From positions 1 through 64,000 of the IMG/VR virus record IMGVR_UViG_3300014834_000367: a stretch of 64,000 nucleotides of DNA; one strand, given 5' to 3'. Below are positions 28,375 to 38,808 of this stretch, in pieces; within the stretch, counting starts at the first letter, position 1, and every line of letters begins with the position of its first letter. The position numbers were made by a program, and so were the translations under genes. This DNA comes from a virus. The notes under the pieces were generated by a model. It was not told the DNA's origin, ran no database searches, and saw nothing but the letters and a program-made list of their open reading frames with translations.

Positions 28375-29433
28375 ATGGCACTGCCGTTTATCAAAAATTT
28401 CCAAAAAACTTTGGAAAAGATCGATACTGTCAGCACTGACTTTGGGCCTCCACGTCATTGGTATTCTACTGGCAATTTGGCGTTAAATAAAAATGTTTCT
28501 GGTAGTTTCAGCAAAGGAATTCCTGAGTCCCGTATCACCTGTTTGGCTGGACCTTCAGGCTCAGGTAAATCATTCTTGGCGTGTAACATTATCAAGAATG
28601 CACAAGATGAAGGTGCTTTTATTCTAGTTCTTGACTCTGAACATGCTCTTGATGAAACCTTCATGTCCGCAATTGGCGTCGATACTTCGCCTGAAAAACT
28701 TCAGTATGTTGGCGTAACCCTTTTCTCTGACGTTGTTTCTGCAGTCTCTGACTTCGTCGGTCTTTATGAAAAGGAGTATGGCAAAGATAATCCTAATGCA
28801 CCAAAGGTCATGATTATCCTTGATTCAATTGACATGTTGTTAACTGATACTGAAGCAGATCACTTTAAGTCAGGTGTCCAAAAAGGTGACCAAGGTCAAC
28901 GAGCAAAGCAGTCAAAACATTTGCTTAAAACCATTGTTGCAAAAATCAAACGTCTACCAATGTCAATGCTTGTTACACACCAGGTTTACCCTAACACTGA
29001 TGTGTTAAATGGCGAAGGACTCTGGATCATCAATAACGCAATTCGGTATTCAGCATCACAGATTATGTTGATTACAAAACTGAAGTTGAAGGAAGGTTCC
29101 GATATCATTGGTATCCGCATGAGAGTCGAATGTTATAAATCACGATTTGCGAAAATTGGTTCAAAAATCGAAATTGAAGTTCCATATTCTAAGGGTATGG
29201 ATCCGTACTCAGGTTTCCTTGATTTGATGGAAGAGCTTGGTGTAGTTACAGCAGCCGGCGCTTGGAAATCACTGCAACTGCCTGGCCAAGATGTTATTAA
29301 GTTTCAAACGAAGAGCCTGAATGAAGAGCTTGTTAATAAAATTCTTTCACATCCTCTCATTCAGAAGGAAGAACAAACTGTTCAGGCGCTGATGTCCTCG
29401 CTGTCAGATAATCCTGAAGATGAATCGAATTAA
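28375..29433 (+). CDS. uvsX: RecA-like recombinase
   Basis: YSTGNLALN, GPSGSGKS, LDSEHALD, ILDS, YKSRF. Confidence 0.92.
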   Translation: MALPFIKNFQKTLEKIDTVSTDFGPPRHWYSTGNLALNKNVSGSFSKGIPESRITCLAGPSGSGKSFLACNIIKNAQDEGAFILVLDSEHALDETFMSAIGVDTSPEKLQYVGVTLFSDVVSAVSDFVGLYEKEYGKDNPNAPKVMIILDSIDMLLTDTEADHFKSGVQKGDQGQRAKQSKHLLKTIVAKIKRLPMSMLVTHQVYPNTDVLNGEGLWIINNAIRYSASQIMLITKLKLKEGSDIIGIRMRVECYKSRFAKIGSKIEIEVPYSKGMDPYSGFLDLMEELGVVTAAGAWKSLQLPGQDVIKFQTKSLNEELVNKILSHPLIQKEEQTVQALMSSLSDNPEDESN

Positions 29434-29442
29434 GGAGAAAAC

Positions 29443-29682
29443 ATGAAAATCAAAAAAGAAGATGATGCAGCAAGCGTTGATGATTTGTCAACTGTTACGA
29501 CTGAGGCACAGATTGACATTCGCGTAATTGCTGGTGGTTATATTGTTACTACACATGTAGTTAAAGGCAAAACACGCTATTACGGCGAAACCACGTCTGA
29601 ACAGATTTTTGTTCAGCCACGTAAACTAGTAAAGTATGTTGCTGATTTTCTAGAAACTCATAAAAACGTTGTTGAGGGATGA
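29443..29682 (+). CDS. Hypothetical protein
   Basis: AAGGAG RBS, 79 aa. Confidence 0.65.
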   Translation: MKIKKEDDAASVDDLSTVTTEAQIDIRVIAGGYIVTTHVVKGKTRYYGETTSEQIFVQPRKLVKYVADFLETHKNVVEG

Positions 29683-29691
29683 GGAAAATAA

Positions 29692-30150
29692 ATGTCTATC
29701 ATTAGTGACGTTCTCACAGATTTTTCAAAGATCAGTGATTACCTAGTTCGCTATGAAGAAGAGATTGCCGCCGCCGAGCCTATCTTTGATATCGAAGGTA
29801 AAAAGCTCGAGGCGGTCAATCGAACTTTGCCAAGTTATATCTCTCGCTATGATCAGCTTTTAGGAGAATTAAAAACTCTTGAACAATTTCTTGATGTTAG
29901 GCGAGATGAAATTGAAGCCAAGCATTGGAAAAAGTACAATGAAAAATATTCAAAGGCACTTTCAACGAGAGATATACAGGCTTATATAGCGGGTGAAAAA
30001 GATCATATTGAAATGTCTGAACTTATTTTAGAAGTACGGTTCGTTAAAGAAAAAATTTCAAGTATCGTAAAAGCGCTCGAGCAAATGGGCTGGAGTTTGA
30101 AAAACATTGTTGAGCTTAGAATTCACCAGCTGCAAGATGAAATTTTATGA
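29692..30150 (+). CDS. uvsY: Recombination mediator
   Basis: Helical; LSTRDIQAYIAGE, KALEQMGWSLKNIVELR; lies between uvsX and uvsW. Confidence 0.8.
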   Translation: MSIISDVLTDFSKISDYLVRYEEEIAAAEPIFDIEGKKLEAVNRTLPSYISRYDQLLGELKTLEQFLDVRRDEIEAKHWKKYNEKYSKALSTRDIQAYIAGEKDHIEMSELILEVRFVKEKISSIVKALEQMGWSLKNIVELRIHQLQDEIL

Positions 30151-30536
30151 AAATTATTATTGCTGGTTCAAGAAATTTTTCAGACTGGGAATATTTTACG
30201 TATCATTTTGCTCAATTGCCTGAATGGATTATATTTAATTTTGTTGAAATAGTATCAGGCGGAGCACGAGGAGCTGATGCGTTGGGTGAACGTTTAGCTA
30301 CAGGGTGTGATGTTAAATTAACAAAATTTGTTGCGGATTGGGATAAACATGGAAAATCCGCTGGCATGAAAAGAAATGCGCAAATGGCAAAATACGCCGA
30401 TGGGCTTATTGCTTTTTGGGATGGTAAATCTTCAGGCACAAAACATATGATACGAAGTATGAAATTTTATGAAGAAAAATTTGTCTTCGTTATTAGAACA
30501 GACTTAAGCTCAAATAATATTATGCAGTACCAATAA
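30147..30536 (+). CDS. SLOG/YspA-like (DUF2493) protein
   Basis: IIAGSRNF, IVSGGARGAD, ADWDKHGKSAGMKRN, FWDGKSSGTKHMI. Confidence 0.85.
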   Translation: MKIIIAGSRNFSDWEYFTYHFAQLPEWIIFNFVEIVSGGARGADALGERLATGCDVKLTKFVADWDKHGKSAGMKRNAQMAKYADGLIAFWDGKSSGTKHMIRSMKFYEEKFVFVIRTDLSSNNIMQYQ

Positions 30537-30622
30537 GTTATATTTAAACTAAAGTTGCCATTTATTATCTGGCAAAACAGAATAAAATTAAATCAAATTC
30601 AATTCAACATATCATTTAAAAA

Positions 30623-32029
30623 ATGTCAAAAACGTGTCATATAACAATTAAAGATGAGGTGAGAGCTGTCATTGCTGGATTGCATCCATCTGATATTGAT
30701 TTTTTATGGAATAAATTCGGCATCTTCGTTGAAGGTTATTTTTTCATGCCCGAATACAAATTGGGCAGGTTTGATGGAAAAGTTAGATTCTTTGAGAAAA
30801 CTGGACGAACATATATACGACTGTTGCACGAAATTATCCCATACTTGGAAAAATGGGGATATGATATTGAGTTAAATGATAAAAGAATTCCCGTTGATAA
30901 TCCAACTGAAAGAATTACCTCAGATCATTTTAAGCAGTTTAATATTAATCTTCGTGGTTATCAAGTAGATTCAATTAATGAATGTCTAGATGCAGGTTCT
31001 GGATTTATTATTGCAGGAACCGGCGCAGGAAAGAGCGTGATGTGTGCCGGGCTTTGTGATATGTATGGTCGCGCTGGTTATAGGACCATGACAATTGTTC
31101 CGTCTTCTGATCTTGTGACACAAACTGCAGAATGGTATATTGCGTGTGGCATGGAAGCTGGTGAATATTCTGGCGCCAAAAAAGAAATTCATGCTCAACA
31201 CGTTGTTGCTACGTGGCAATCACTTCAAAATAATCCACATGTTATGGAAAATTTTGGAATGTTGATTGTTGATGAAGCACATGGCGCTAAAGCAAATGTC
31301 GTGCAAAGATTGATTGCTGATCACGGTAAAAACATCCCATTTAGATTTGGATTTACCGGAACATTCCCAAAGCCAGAATCAGATAAAACTTCATTAATAG
31401 CCACAATAGGTCCTGTTCTTAAAGAAATTCCGGCCCGCTGGCTCATTGATAATGGTTATCTAGCTGAAATAGATATTGAATGCATACGTCTAAAAGATCA
31501 AACATTTGAAGATGGAGATTTTCCGGATTATGCGTCAGAAAAAGCATTTTTGATTAAATCTGAAGGCCGCCTTGATAAAATTGCTGATATAATTATTGAC
31601 AGATGTGAAAAATATGGAAACACCTTGGTGTTAGTTAACTCGGTTGATTTCGGCGAAAGACTTCAGACTTTAATTAAGGATTCTGTTTTCCTTTATGGCG
31701 AAAGCAAGAAAAATGTTAGAAAAACGCATTACGACGAGTTTGCCGAAAAGAACGATCTGATAGTTATTGCGACCGCAGGTATTGCTGCTCAGGGTATTTC
31801 AATTGATCGCGTATTTTGTTTAATTCTAGTTGATTCTGGCAAATCATTCGTACGAGCGATTCAGTCGGTCGGCCGAGGCACAAGATTAGCTGATGACAAA
31901 AAGATGGTTAATGTCGTTGATATTGGTGCAGATTTGAAATGGTCAAAAAAGCACATGAACGAACGTATGAAATATTATAAAGAAGCAGGTTATCATTACA
32001 GTAAACCCACAACAATTAAAATAAAATGA
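30623..32029 (+). CDS. uvsW: SF2 DNA helicase
   Basis: LRGYQ, GTGAGKS, VDEAH, GFTGT, QSVGRGTR. Confidence 0.92.
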   Translation: MSKTCHITIKDEVRAVIAGLHPSDIDFLWNKFGIFVEGYFFMPEYKLGRFDGKVRFFEKTGRTYIRLLHEIIPYLEKWGYDIELNDKRIPVDNPTERITSDHFKQFNINLRGYQVDSINECLDAGSGFIIAGTGAGKSVMCAGLCDMYGRAGYRTMTIVPSSDLVTQTAEWYIACGMEAGEYSGAKKEIHAQHVVATWQSLQNNPHVMENFGMLIVDEAHGAKANVVQRLIADHGKNIPFRFGFTGTFPKPESDKTSLIATIGPVLKEIPARWLIDNGYLAEIDIECIRLKDQTFEDGDFPDYASEKAFLIKSEGRLDKIADIIIDRCEKYGNTLVLVNSVDFGERLQTLIKDSVFLYGESKKNVRKTHYDEFAEKNDLIVIATAGIAAQGISIDRVFCLILVDSGKSFVRAIQSVGRGTRLADDKKMVNVVDIGADLKWSKKHMNERMKYYKEAGYHYSKPTTIKIK

Positions 32030-32274
32030 ATACTATAAATCAAGCAGTTTTTCTACAAGAATTAAGTAAACGCCAAGATGCATCTTTTCGTGATAAAGAT
32101 GGTCGTCTTAATTATTATTTTTATATTGATGTAAAGAATAAGCAGGAGCTGTTCACTGAACCAGAGAAAATAATGGTTTTTTGTCCAGAAGATGAATTGC
32201 TGTTTTTCTTAAAAGAAATAATGAAATATTCTATTGATCTTTCCGGAGAAATAATCTATTTTAGATTTGCATAA
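32026..32274 (+). CDS. Hypothetical protein
   Basis: ATGA overlap with uvsW. Confidence 0.55.
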   Translation: MNTINQAVFLQELSKRQDASFRDKDGRLNYYFYIDVKNKQELFTEPEKIMVFCPEDELLFFLKEIMKYSIDLSGEIIYFRFA

Positions 32275-32313
32275 AAATTTGATGTTTAACAGATTAATAA
32301 TGAGGAGACGGCT

Positions 32314-32823
32314 TTGCTAATATTGACAGACTATAATAAGCCATACATGATTGAGAATTTATTAAGTCCAGTTGTTCCAAAACATTATTGGATTTTCTCT
32401 GGCCAAATGCAAGATTTTATGCTTGCACCAATTTCCTATCTTGAAGAAACCAGTGGTCCATCTTTAACTATTGAAGTTGATGGATTTAGGTTTAATGTGC
32501 CTGCTCATTGGAACATTCTTATTGTTGATAAAGAAACATATCAGATTGATACAGTACCAATTAGATCATGCTCAAGTCATGAAACATACGCCTTTATTAT
32601 GTCACCAGATGATTATGGCGTAAACAAAAAGATGATCACTGTATGTGGGTATAACAATCATGAAGTGCTATGTCACCCACTCATGGCAAAAGGGCAAGCG
32701 CTATGTCATCCGATCGGTGAAGTTGAAAAATACGGCAAAGAATTACAGCTGTCAATTGTAATTACGCCGCATGATCTAAATAAATTCATTGACGGAAAAG
32801 CCGTCGGAGATATTCTGCCCTAG
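32314..32823 (+). CDS. Hypothetical beta-rich protein
   Basis: GAGGAG RBS before a TTG start. Confidence 0.7.
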   Translation: MLILTDYNKPYMIENLLSPVVPKHYWIFSGQMQDFMLAPISYLEETSGPSLTIEVDGFRFNVPAHWNILIVDKETYQIDTVPIRSCSSHETYAFIMSPDDYGVNKKMITVCGYNNHEVLCHPLMAKGQALCHPIGEVEKYGKELQLSIVITPHDLNKFIDGKAVGDILP

Positions 32824-32824
32824 A

Positions 32825-33415
32825 TTATTTTAATCTTTTCAAGCAGTATTCTTTTATTTCAGATATCCGTCGCAACCAGCCGTTTTTGAACTTCTCCTGC
32901 GACGGTTTTCTTTTAATTATGTCTAGGTAAAATTGTTCTCTCAGATCTGCAATTCCAATCACGACTTTTTTGGCATCAGCTTCGCGAATTAATTTAAGAG
33001 TTCTGGCACCAATCTTTCCATCTGGTTCCGCGCCCACCACTTTCTGAATAAATTTATTGGCTCTGGTCGAGCCATGATTAATGCACCCATCGAAGTGAAT
33101 CAAATTGATTGGGGCAGGCATCGAATTACAATTTGGCTCAAGCCAATATTTGTTGTAATAAATCACCATTGCGCCTTCAAGAGTTAAATTCTTAATATCA
33201 ACACTGGGATTTGCATTTTTAGCAATACCAAATTTCGTTTCACCACCAGTATCATCCGGATCATTTACGTATCCAACGTCACGTCTTTGCTGTTTATTTC
33301 CTATTTTTCCGGCAATAACATCTGGCTTTGTTGGATCCCAGTGCGGGCCAACTTCATATAACATGGCATGATTAAATGCATCAATAAAGTCTTTTTCGAA
33401 GAGTTGGCTTGACAT
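32825..33415 (-). CDS. Endolysin, glycoside hydrolase family 108 with peptidoglycan-binding domain
   Basis: YVNDPDDTGGETKFGI, FDGCINHG, DGKIGARTL, KFKNGWLRR. Confidence 0.9.
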   Translation of the reverse strand: MSSQLFEKDFIDAFNHAMLYEVGPHWDPTKPDVIAGKIGNKQQRRDVGYVNDPDDTGGETKFGIAKNANPSVDIKNLTLEGAMVIYYNKYWLEPNCNSMPAPINLIHFDGCINHGSTRANKFIQKVVGAEPDGKIGARTLKLIREADAKKVVIGIADLREQFYLDIIKRKPSQEKFKNGWLRRISEIKEYCLKRLK

Positions 33416-33449
33416 GATTTTTCCTTATGAGATTTTATAGTCTATGAGT

Positions 33450-33462
33450 TATTTAATAAATA
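33450..33462. promoter_or_regulatory. Back-to-back divergent late-type promoters
   Basis: Inverted repeat TATTTA-A-TAAATA between the endolysin (-) and the fibre gene (+). Confidence 0.6.
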
Positions 33463-33491
33463 TCCTCAGACTTTAAGTTTTTGGAGAAATT

Positions 33492-35285
33492 ATGCGAATT
33501 CCATTTAGGCAGGGCGTGTTTATCTTTCAACAAGATTCAAGCTTGACGCCTATTCATATCAGAAAAAATCCTGACCTGCTCTATTTAGATGTTGCGGTTT
33601 CTCCGAAATCTACAATAGGTTCAATGTGTGACGGAGAATCAAATTATTTGTTTTCTGAAGTAATCTCAGTTCAGAAAGCTTGGGGACCTTTCACTGCAGG
33701 TAAAACGCAATATTTTTATTGGGACATAGACAAATTAACTGGCGAGCTGACCCGCGGAATTTCAAATTTTGAGCCAATATATTCTCCACATGCTCCGCTC
33801 AACCCACAGTTAGATCAACATTGGTTTGATAAATCTGTTTCCAAGATGAAGGTCTGGACTGGCACAAAATGGCAAGATAAGCTTCGCCTTTTTGCTGGCA
33901 TATATCAATCATCTGGTTCAGTAACATTATTTGTTAATTCTTCAACTGCGGGATCTGATTACTCAGCTGAGACTAATGGTGGTTATATTTTACGTGATTA
34001 TGATGGCCGCCCAATCAGATTGGCCACTGGCGAATTTTTAACCACAGACACTGATATTAAAGTTTCAGCTTACTTGTCTCAAGCTGTTACAAAACCATCT
34101 GCACAGTTTTTAGATGTTTCCGCCGCAGAATATATTCCACGTTTTTCTATTGTGGCTCTTTCATCACCCAATAAAGTAGTTTTAGCAAGTTCTAATCCTT
34201 CAGATTATAAAAAACCAGTTGGGATAGTTACGGTAGATTTGATTCCTGGTGAAGTGACCTCAATGATATTTGAGGGAGTTATAGTTAACCCACTATGGAA
34301 TTTTTCAAACAGCGCTCTAGGAGAACCATTATTTTGTGACCCTACTGGCCAATTAACATTATCTAGACCAATAACTGATATATCCTTTAGGGTTGGAACA
34401 GTTCTTGGACCTAATATTATTCGTGTTTTGATAGAAGATGATTTAACGGGATTGGTTCAAAGAACCGCAACATTCGTAGTTAAATACTTGGACGATCTGT
34501 TAGACGTCACCGCAACTACGAGTCCAATAGATCAGCAAGTTTTAGCTTTTTATACAGCCACCAATCAATGGCAACCGCTTACTCTGCCAAAAACAGAATA
34601 TCTCGACGATCTGCTTGATGTAACCGCCACAAATACCGCGTTAGATCAACAAGTTTTAACATTCTCAACATTGACTCAGCAATGGCAACCAGCTTCTGTG
34701 CCAATGGTTGAATATTTGGAACAGCTGCTTGATGTCACAGGTACTACTAGTCCATTAGATCAGCAAGTTTTAACATTTTCTACAGCATCTGGCCAATGGC
34801 AGCCAGCGGAAGTTCCAAGAACCGAATATTTAGATGATTTACTTGATGTTACTATAGATGAAGAAACGCTTGAAGCAGGCAATGCACTAATCTATGATGG
34901 CGTAGAATGGAAAAATAAAAAGTTTGACTTTTACGATATTGCATGTTTTATCGAGAGTAAGCCGACATCAAGCACCACGTTATTATCATTTGTTGCGCCA
35001 AGGTCATTTGACTTTTTACCAAGTTTCACGAATTCACAAGCCGTTTCACTCGTGGCGCCTTCATCAAATTATGTTTTAACGATAAAGAAAAATCTTGAAT
35101 CAATAGGTTTTGTAACTTTCGAAGCTTCTTCATCAACTGGAAATGTATCAATTATTCCAGAATCAGAAGATGCTACGTTATTATCATTTAATTTTGGCGA
35201 CGTCTTAACAATACATTCTCCACCAGCAGTGGATACTACAATTCAAGATATCGCGATAACACTTATAGCTAAAACAATACTTTAA
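33492..35285 (+). CDS. Virion fibre/structural protein with internal repeats
   Basis: HWFD...MKVWTGTKW; four YLDDLLDVT...VL.F....QW repeats of about 38 aa. Confidence 0.7.
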   Translation: MRIPFRQGVFIFQQDSSLTPIHIRKNPDLLYLDVAVSPKSTIGSMCDGESNYLFSEVISVQKAWGPFTAGKTQYFYWDIDKLTGELTRGISNFEPIYSPHAPLNPQLDQHWFDKSVSKMKVWTGTKWQDKLRLFAGIYQSSGSVTLFVNSSTAGSDYSAETNGGYILRDYDGRPIRLATGEFLTTDTDIKVSAYLSQAVTKPSAQFLDVSAAEYIPRFSIVALSSPNKVVLASSNPSDYKKPVGIVTVDLIPGEVTSMIFEGVIVNPLWNFSNSALGEPLFCDPTGQLTLSRPITDISFRVGTVLGPNIIRVLIEDDLTGLVQRTATFVVKYLDDLLDVTATTSPIDQQVLAFYTATNQWQPLTLPKTEYLDDLLDVTATNTALDQQVLTFSTLTQQWQPASVPMVEYLEQLLDVTGTTSPLDQQVLTFSTASGQWQPAEVPRTEYLDDLLDVTIDEETLEAGNALIYDGVEWKNKKFDFYDIACFIESKPTSSTTLLSFVAPRSFDFLPSFTNSQAVSLVAPSSNYVLTIKKNLESIGFVTFEASSSTGNVSIIPESEDATLLSFNFGDVLTIHSPPAVDTTIQDIAITLIAKTIL

Positions 35286-35341
35286 TTATGGTTTAATACT
35301 TAATTTCCATCAATAAACAACTTAAATAGAATAAAATTATC

Positions 35342-35740
35342 ATGACACCTGAAAATATATTAACATCAACAATAAATTCGCTAGCCGTGATATCTTCCGA
35401 CGAATTTCTTGGCTTCTTTGTAATTTTCTTATTAATCATTTTTGTGTACGCTTTCTGGAAAGCACAGAAAGCTCAAAAACTTGATTGGACAGACATAATT
35501 ACTAAGCCAAATACAAATGAAGTCTCATTGACAAAAATTTTACAATTTGTTGGTGGCATAGTTGCAACATGGATCATGATAAAGCTGACGTTGTCAGAAA
35601 AGATGACATGGGATTTATTTGCAATATATCTAGCATATGTTGCATCAATTGAGGGTTACAGTAAATTCATTTTAGCTCGCTACTATGGCAACAATGAACA
35701 GAAAAACAAAAATATTGAAAAAACTGAAAGCTCTGAATAA
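35342..35740 (+). CDS. Membrane protein, holin candidate
   Basis: Three hydrophobic segments, charged C-terminus, TAAATA upstream, near the endolysin. Confidence 0.5.
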   Translation: MTPENILTSTINSLAVISSDEFLGFFVIFLLIIFVYAFWKAQKAQKLDWTDIITKPNTNEVSLTKILQFVGGIVATWIMIKLTLSEKMTWDLFAIYLAYVASIEGYSKFILARYYGNNEQKNKNIEKTESSE

Positions 35741-35778
35741 AACTGTTATAAAATTATAAATCATACAAGGATCTATAC

Positions 35779-36216
35779 ATGAAAGATGCCCGAATTAAGC
35801 GTGCAGGAATTATTCCATTTGTGTTCAATGATGATGGTGTCGTTGAAATGTATTTCATGAAACCATCAACCCCACATTTTGGTGGCGACCGTTTTCAGAT
35901 TGCTAAAGGCAAAATAGAAGATGGTCTTTCAGAATTGGAAACAGCCATCAAGGAAGGCCATGAAGAGCTTGGCCTCAAAAAATCAAACTTCTGTTCACCT
36001 GTGCATAAGCTCGGAACATTCATGCACGGAATAACAATTTTCTTCGTTCAAGTAAAATCACAATATGATTTTGATGATCCTCATTTTGAAACTGGCGAAA
36101 CTCGCTGGATGACTGCTGAACAATTTGAACGCGAAGGCCGAGAGCTTCATCGTCATGTTGTTGATTTTGCTCATCAAAAAATTTTAAAAATTTATGAAAA
36201 GGAGTATCAAGGATGA
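35779..36216 (+). CDS. Nudix hydrolase
   Basis: KGKIEDGLSELETAIKEGHEELG Nudix box. Confidence 0.85.
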   Translation: MKDARIKRAGIIPFVFNDDGVVEMYFMKPSTPHFGGDRFQIAKGKIEDGLSELETAIKEGHEELGLKKSNFCSPVHKLGTFMHGITIFFVQVKSQYDFDDPHFETGETRWMTAEQFEREGRELHRHVVDFAHQKILKIYEKEYQG

Positions 36217-36437
36217 ATGCAGTTGTTTGGTCAAAACCAAATTGCCCCCAATGTGAACAAGCTAAGACCTTGTTGAAAATGAAACATGTTCCATTTGAAG
36301 AAAGAAAAATCGGAGATGGTTGGACTGTAGATCAACTAAAACAACTTGTGCCAGATGCTAAATCTGTTCCACAAATTTTTATCAATAACGAACATATTGG
36401 CGGCTATCAACAACTTCAGAAGTTATTCATTCTGTAA
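36213..36437 (+). CDS. Glutaredoxin
   Basis: CPQC, SVPQIFI, IGGY. Confidence 0.92.
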   Translation: MNAVVWSKPNCPQCEQAKTLLKMKHVPFEERKIGDGWTVDQLKQLVPDAKSVPQIFINNEHIGGYQQLQKLFIL

Positions 36438-36588
36438 TATTAAAGAAGTTATATTTAAGCTAAATTATTTTTCATAAATAGGTCGTCCCCACAAAAACAA
36501 ATTATTTTAGATTAGCAAATAATCTTGGGCAGTTGGGGGAAATATGATACAATATGCGTATCATTAATTTATTCTCAATGGAGATTCT

Positions 36589-37839
36589 ATGAAAATTGCA
36601 GTGCTACTAGGTCGTGGCGTTGAAGGCTGCGGAGTTACACAGTGCGCAGTTCAACTGCAGAAAGTAACAGGCGCAACAATTTTTGCTACGTCAGATCATA
36701 AATGGCCACGAGCTAAAGGTATTGAATTTCCACATACATTGTTTAAAGCTGCAGATTTATCAGCATGCCAAGATGTTCAACGGCAGCTCGCCGAAATGGA
36801 TTTAGTTGTCGTATATTCTGTTCCGTCTATATCGCACCCAGTTGAATGCCAAGACAATTTCGTAACCTTAGTTGAAAATTTAAATGTTCGAAAAGTCCTG
36901 ATTAACGTTGACCACAAAAATGCCTCCATCATTCGCAATGCCAAGCTGAAAGAAATCTGTCAAGCGATGGATGTTCTAATGACACACTCACTTGATAATG
37001 ATTTTTGCCGTTGGGCCAAAAAGAATGATGTCACAACTAACATCGTTAAAATGGGTTTAGGCTTTGACTTTGATGGTCATCGTGCCAAGTATTGGAAGCC
37101 AATCGAGCAACAAAATGACATGGTCATTCGTTGGATCGGGCGCAGCACTGGTTGGAAAGGTCCAGATATTATTCTAGATTTGGCTGATGAATATCTCCAT
37201 GAGCGTGGTTTCATTACAATTCTTGAAGGTCTTGAAGCCAGTATTGGTTACCCGTTTGTTTTGTATCGCGATGTTAAAAAATTGGCCGGCCGCCGGAAAG
37301 TTATGAATTATTTCCGACCAGAAAAAGGTTTGGACAATGTAGAAAAATTTAATAAATCGATGCACGGGCAAGAAAAAGTAGGTGTTGGTTCATACTTATA
37401 TCCTCCATATGTTAACACAGAATGTATGGAAAGGATGTCATTGTCTGCGTTCGGTTCTGATCTATATCATCTACCGGCACAGATGTATGGAAACAATATT
37501 GAAAATTGTCATGCTGAAGTTATTGCCTCAGGCGCAATTCCTATTTTCCATAAGCACTTTGGTGACAATGTTGTTCACGCAAAACAAGGTGATCCAATTA
37601 GCCAGTGTAAAAATACCGGTACAATTTTGCTTGATACAACTAATTTTGCTGAAGTTGCTGAACAGTTAGAAAAATTGGCAAAAGATCGTGGATTACGTGA
37701 TGAATGGCGCGAAATGGCGTTTTCATTCTGGAAACAACACGCGAATGCCGATGAGATCGTGAAAGAAATTCTTGAGCTCGCCTTTGTAAAAAGCGATACT
37801 AAAAATCAAAGCCGTCAGGCGAGTTTATTACAGTATTAA
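36589..37839 (+). CDS. agt: DNA glycosyltransferase, T4 alpha-glucosyltransferase homologue
   Basis: RGVEGCGVT, SVPS, RAKYWK, RWIGRSTGWKG, LEGLE, ERMSLSAFG, colinear with T4 Agt as recalled. Confidence 0.8.
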   Translation: MKIAVLLGRGVEGCGVTQCAVQLQKVTGATIFATSDHKWPRAKGIEFPHTLFKAADLSACQDVQRQLAEMDLVVVYSVPSISHPVECQDNFVTLVENLNVRKVLINVDHKNASIIRNAKLKEICQAMDVLMTHSLDNDFCRWAKKNDVTTNIVKMGLGFDFDGHRAKYWKPIEQQNDMVIRWIGRSTGWKGPDIILDLADEYLHERGFITILEGLEASIGYPFVLYRDVKKLAGRRKVMNYFRPEKGLDNVEKFNKSMHGQEKVGVGSYLYPPYVNTECMERMSLSAFGSDLYHLPAQMYGNNIENCHAEVIASGAIPIFHKHFGDNVVHAKQGDPISQCKNTGTILLDTTNFAEVAEQLEKLAKDRGLRDEWREMAFSFWKQHANADEIVKEILELAFVKSDTKNQSRQASLLQY

Positions 37840-37859
37840 GAAAAGAGGAGAAAATAAAA

Positions 37860-38807
37860 ATGAGAGTGTTTATTACTGGAATGGCAGGAATGATTGGTTT
37901 TCACCTGGCGCAAAAATTACAATCTGCTGGTCATGATGTTTATGGCATTGATAATTTTAACAATTATTATGAACCACAGCTGAAACATGACCGCGATGCC
38001 ATTTTGGCTAAAAAGGGTTTAAGGACTCATGTTGGTGATATTTGCGATGTTAATTTTGATGCGTTATTCAAATCTGCTGGCGTGCCAGATGTAGTTGTTC
38101 ATCTAGCGGCGTACGCCAATCCACGCCATTCAATGGTTTCACCATGGGATTATATTAACACGAACATTGGTGGCACTCAAAAATTGATTGAAGCTTGTGA
38201 ACGCAATGGAATTGATAAAGTTGTTTACGCTTCATCATCATGTGTTATGCATGGCCAACCATTACCATGGAATGAGACAGATCGACCAGGTTTACAAAAC
38301 AATCCATACGGTTGGTCTAAGCGTAGCAATGAATGCCAATTTGGGCATTCCAAAATTGAAAAAACAATTGGTCTACGATTCTTTACTGTTTATGGTCCAT
38401 ATGGTCGCCCGGATATGGCACTATTCCTTTTCACTAAAGGTATTATTGACGGTACGCCAATTATTGCTTATAATAACGGTAACATGATTCGTGATTTTAC
38501 GTATGTTGATGACATTGTTCAAGGTGTAGAAATTGTCGTCAACCATACGAATGTGATGCCAAAGAGTCATGAGATTTTTAATATTGGATATGGAAAACAA
38601 GTTCAGCTCATGGATTTCATTCAAAATATTGAAACCGTCGTTGGTAAAAAAGCAATCATTGATTATCGCCCAGCACACCCAGCTGATGTTCCGGCAACAT
38701 GGTCAGACACCAGCAAGCTGCAAGCGTTAGGCTATAAACCAACAACTCCGACAACAGAAGGGATTGAACATTTCATCAAATGGTACAGGGGCTATTACAA
38801 TGTATAA
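37860..38807 (+). CDS. NAD-dependent epimerase, UDP-glucuronate 4-epimerase-like
   Basis: TGMAGMIG, DNFNNYYEPQLK, YASSS, YGWSK, LRFFTVYGPYGRPDMA, RDFTYVDD. Confidence 0.85.
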   Translation: MRVFITGMAGMIGFHLAQKLQSAGHDVYGIDNFNNYYEPQLKHDRDAILAKKGLRTHVGDICDVNFDALFKSAGVPDVVVHLAAYANPRHSMVSPWDYINTNIGGTQKLIEACERNGIDKVVYASSSCVMHGQPLPWNETDRPGLQNNPYGWSKRSNECQFGHSKIEKTIGLRFFTVYGPYGRPDMALFLFTKGIIDGTPIIAYNNGNMIRDFTYVDDIVQGVEIVVNHTNVMPKSHEIFNIGYGKQVQLMDFIQNIETVVGKKAIIDYRPAHPADVPATWSDTSKLQALGYKPTTPTTEGIEHFIKWYRGYYNV

Positions 38808-38808
38808 A

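Noticed and set aside
32314-32823. Stand-alone Hint-like domain
   Set aside because: Beta-strand pattern only; no Cys1, TxxH or His-Asn; cannot be supported without a search.
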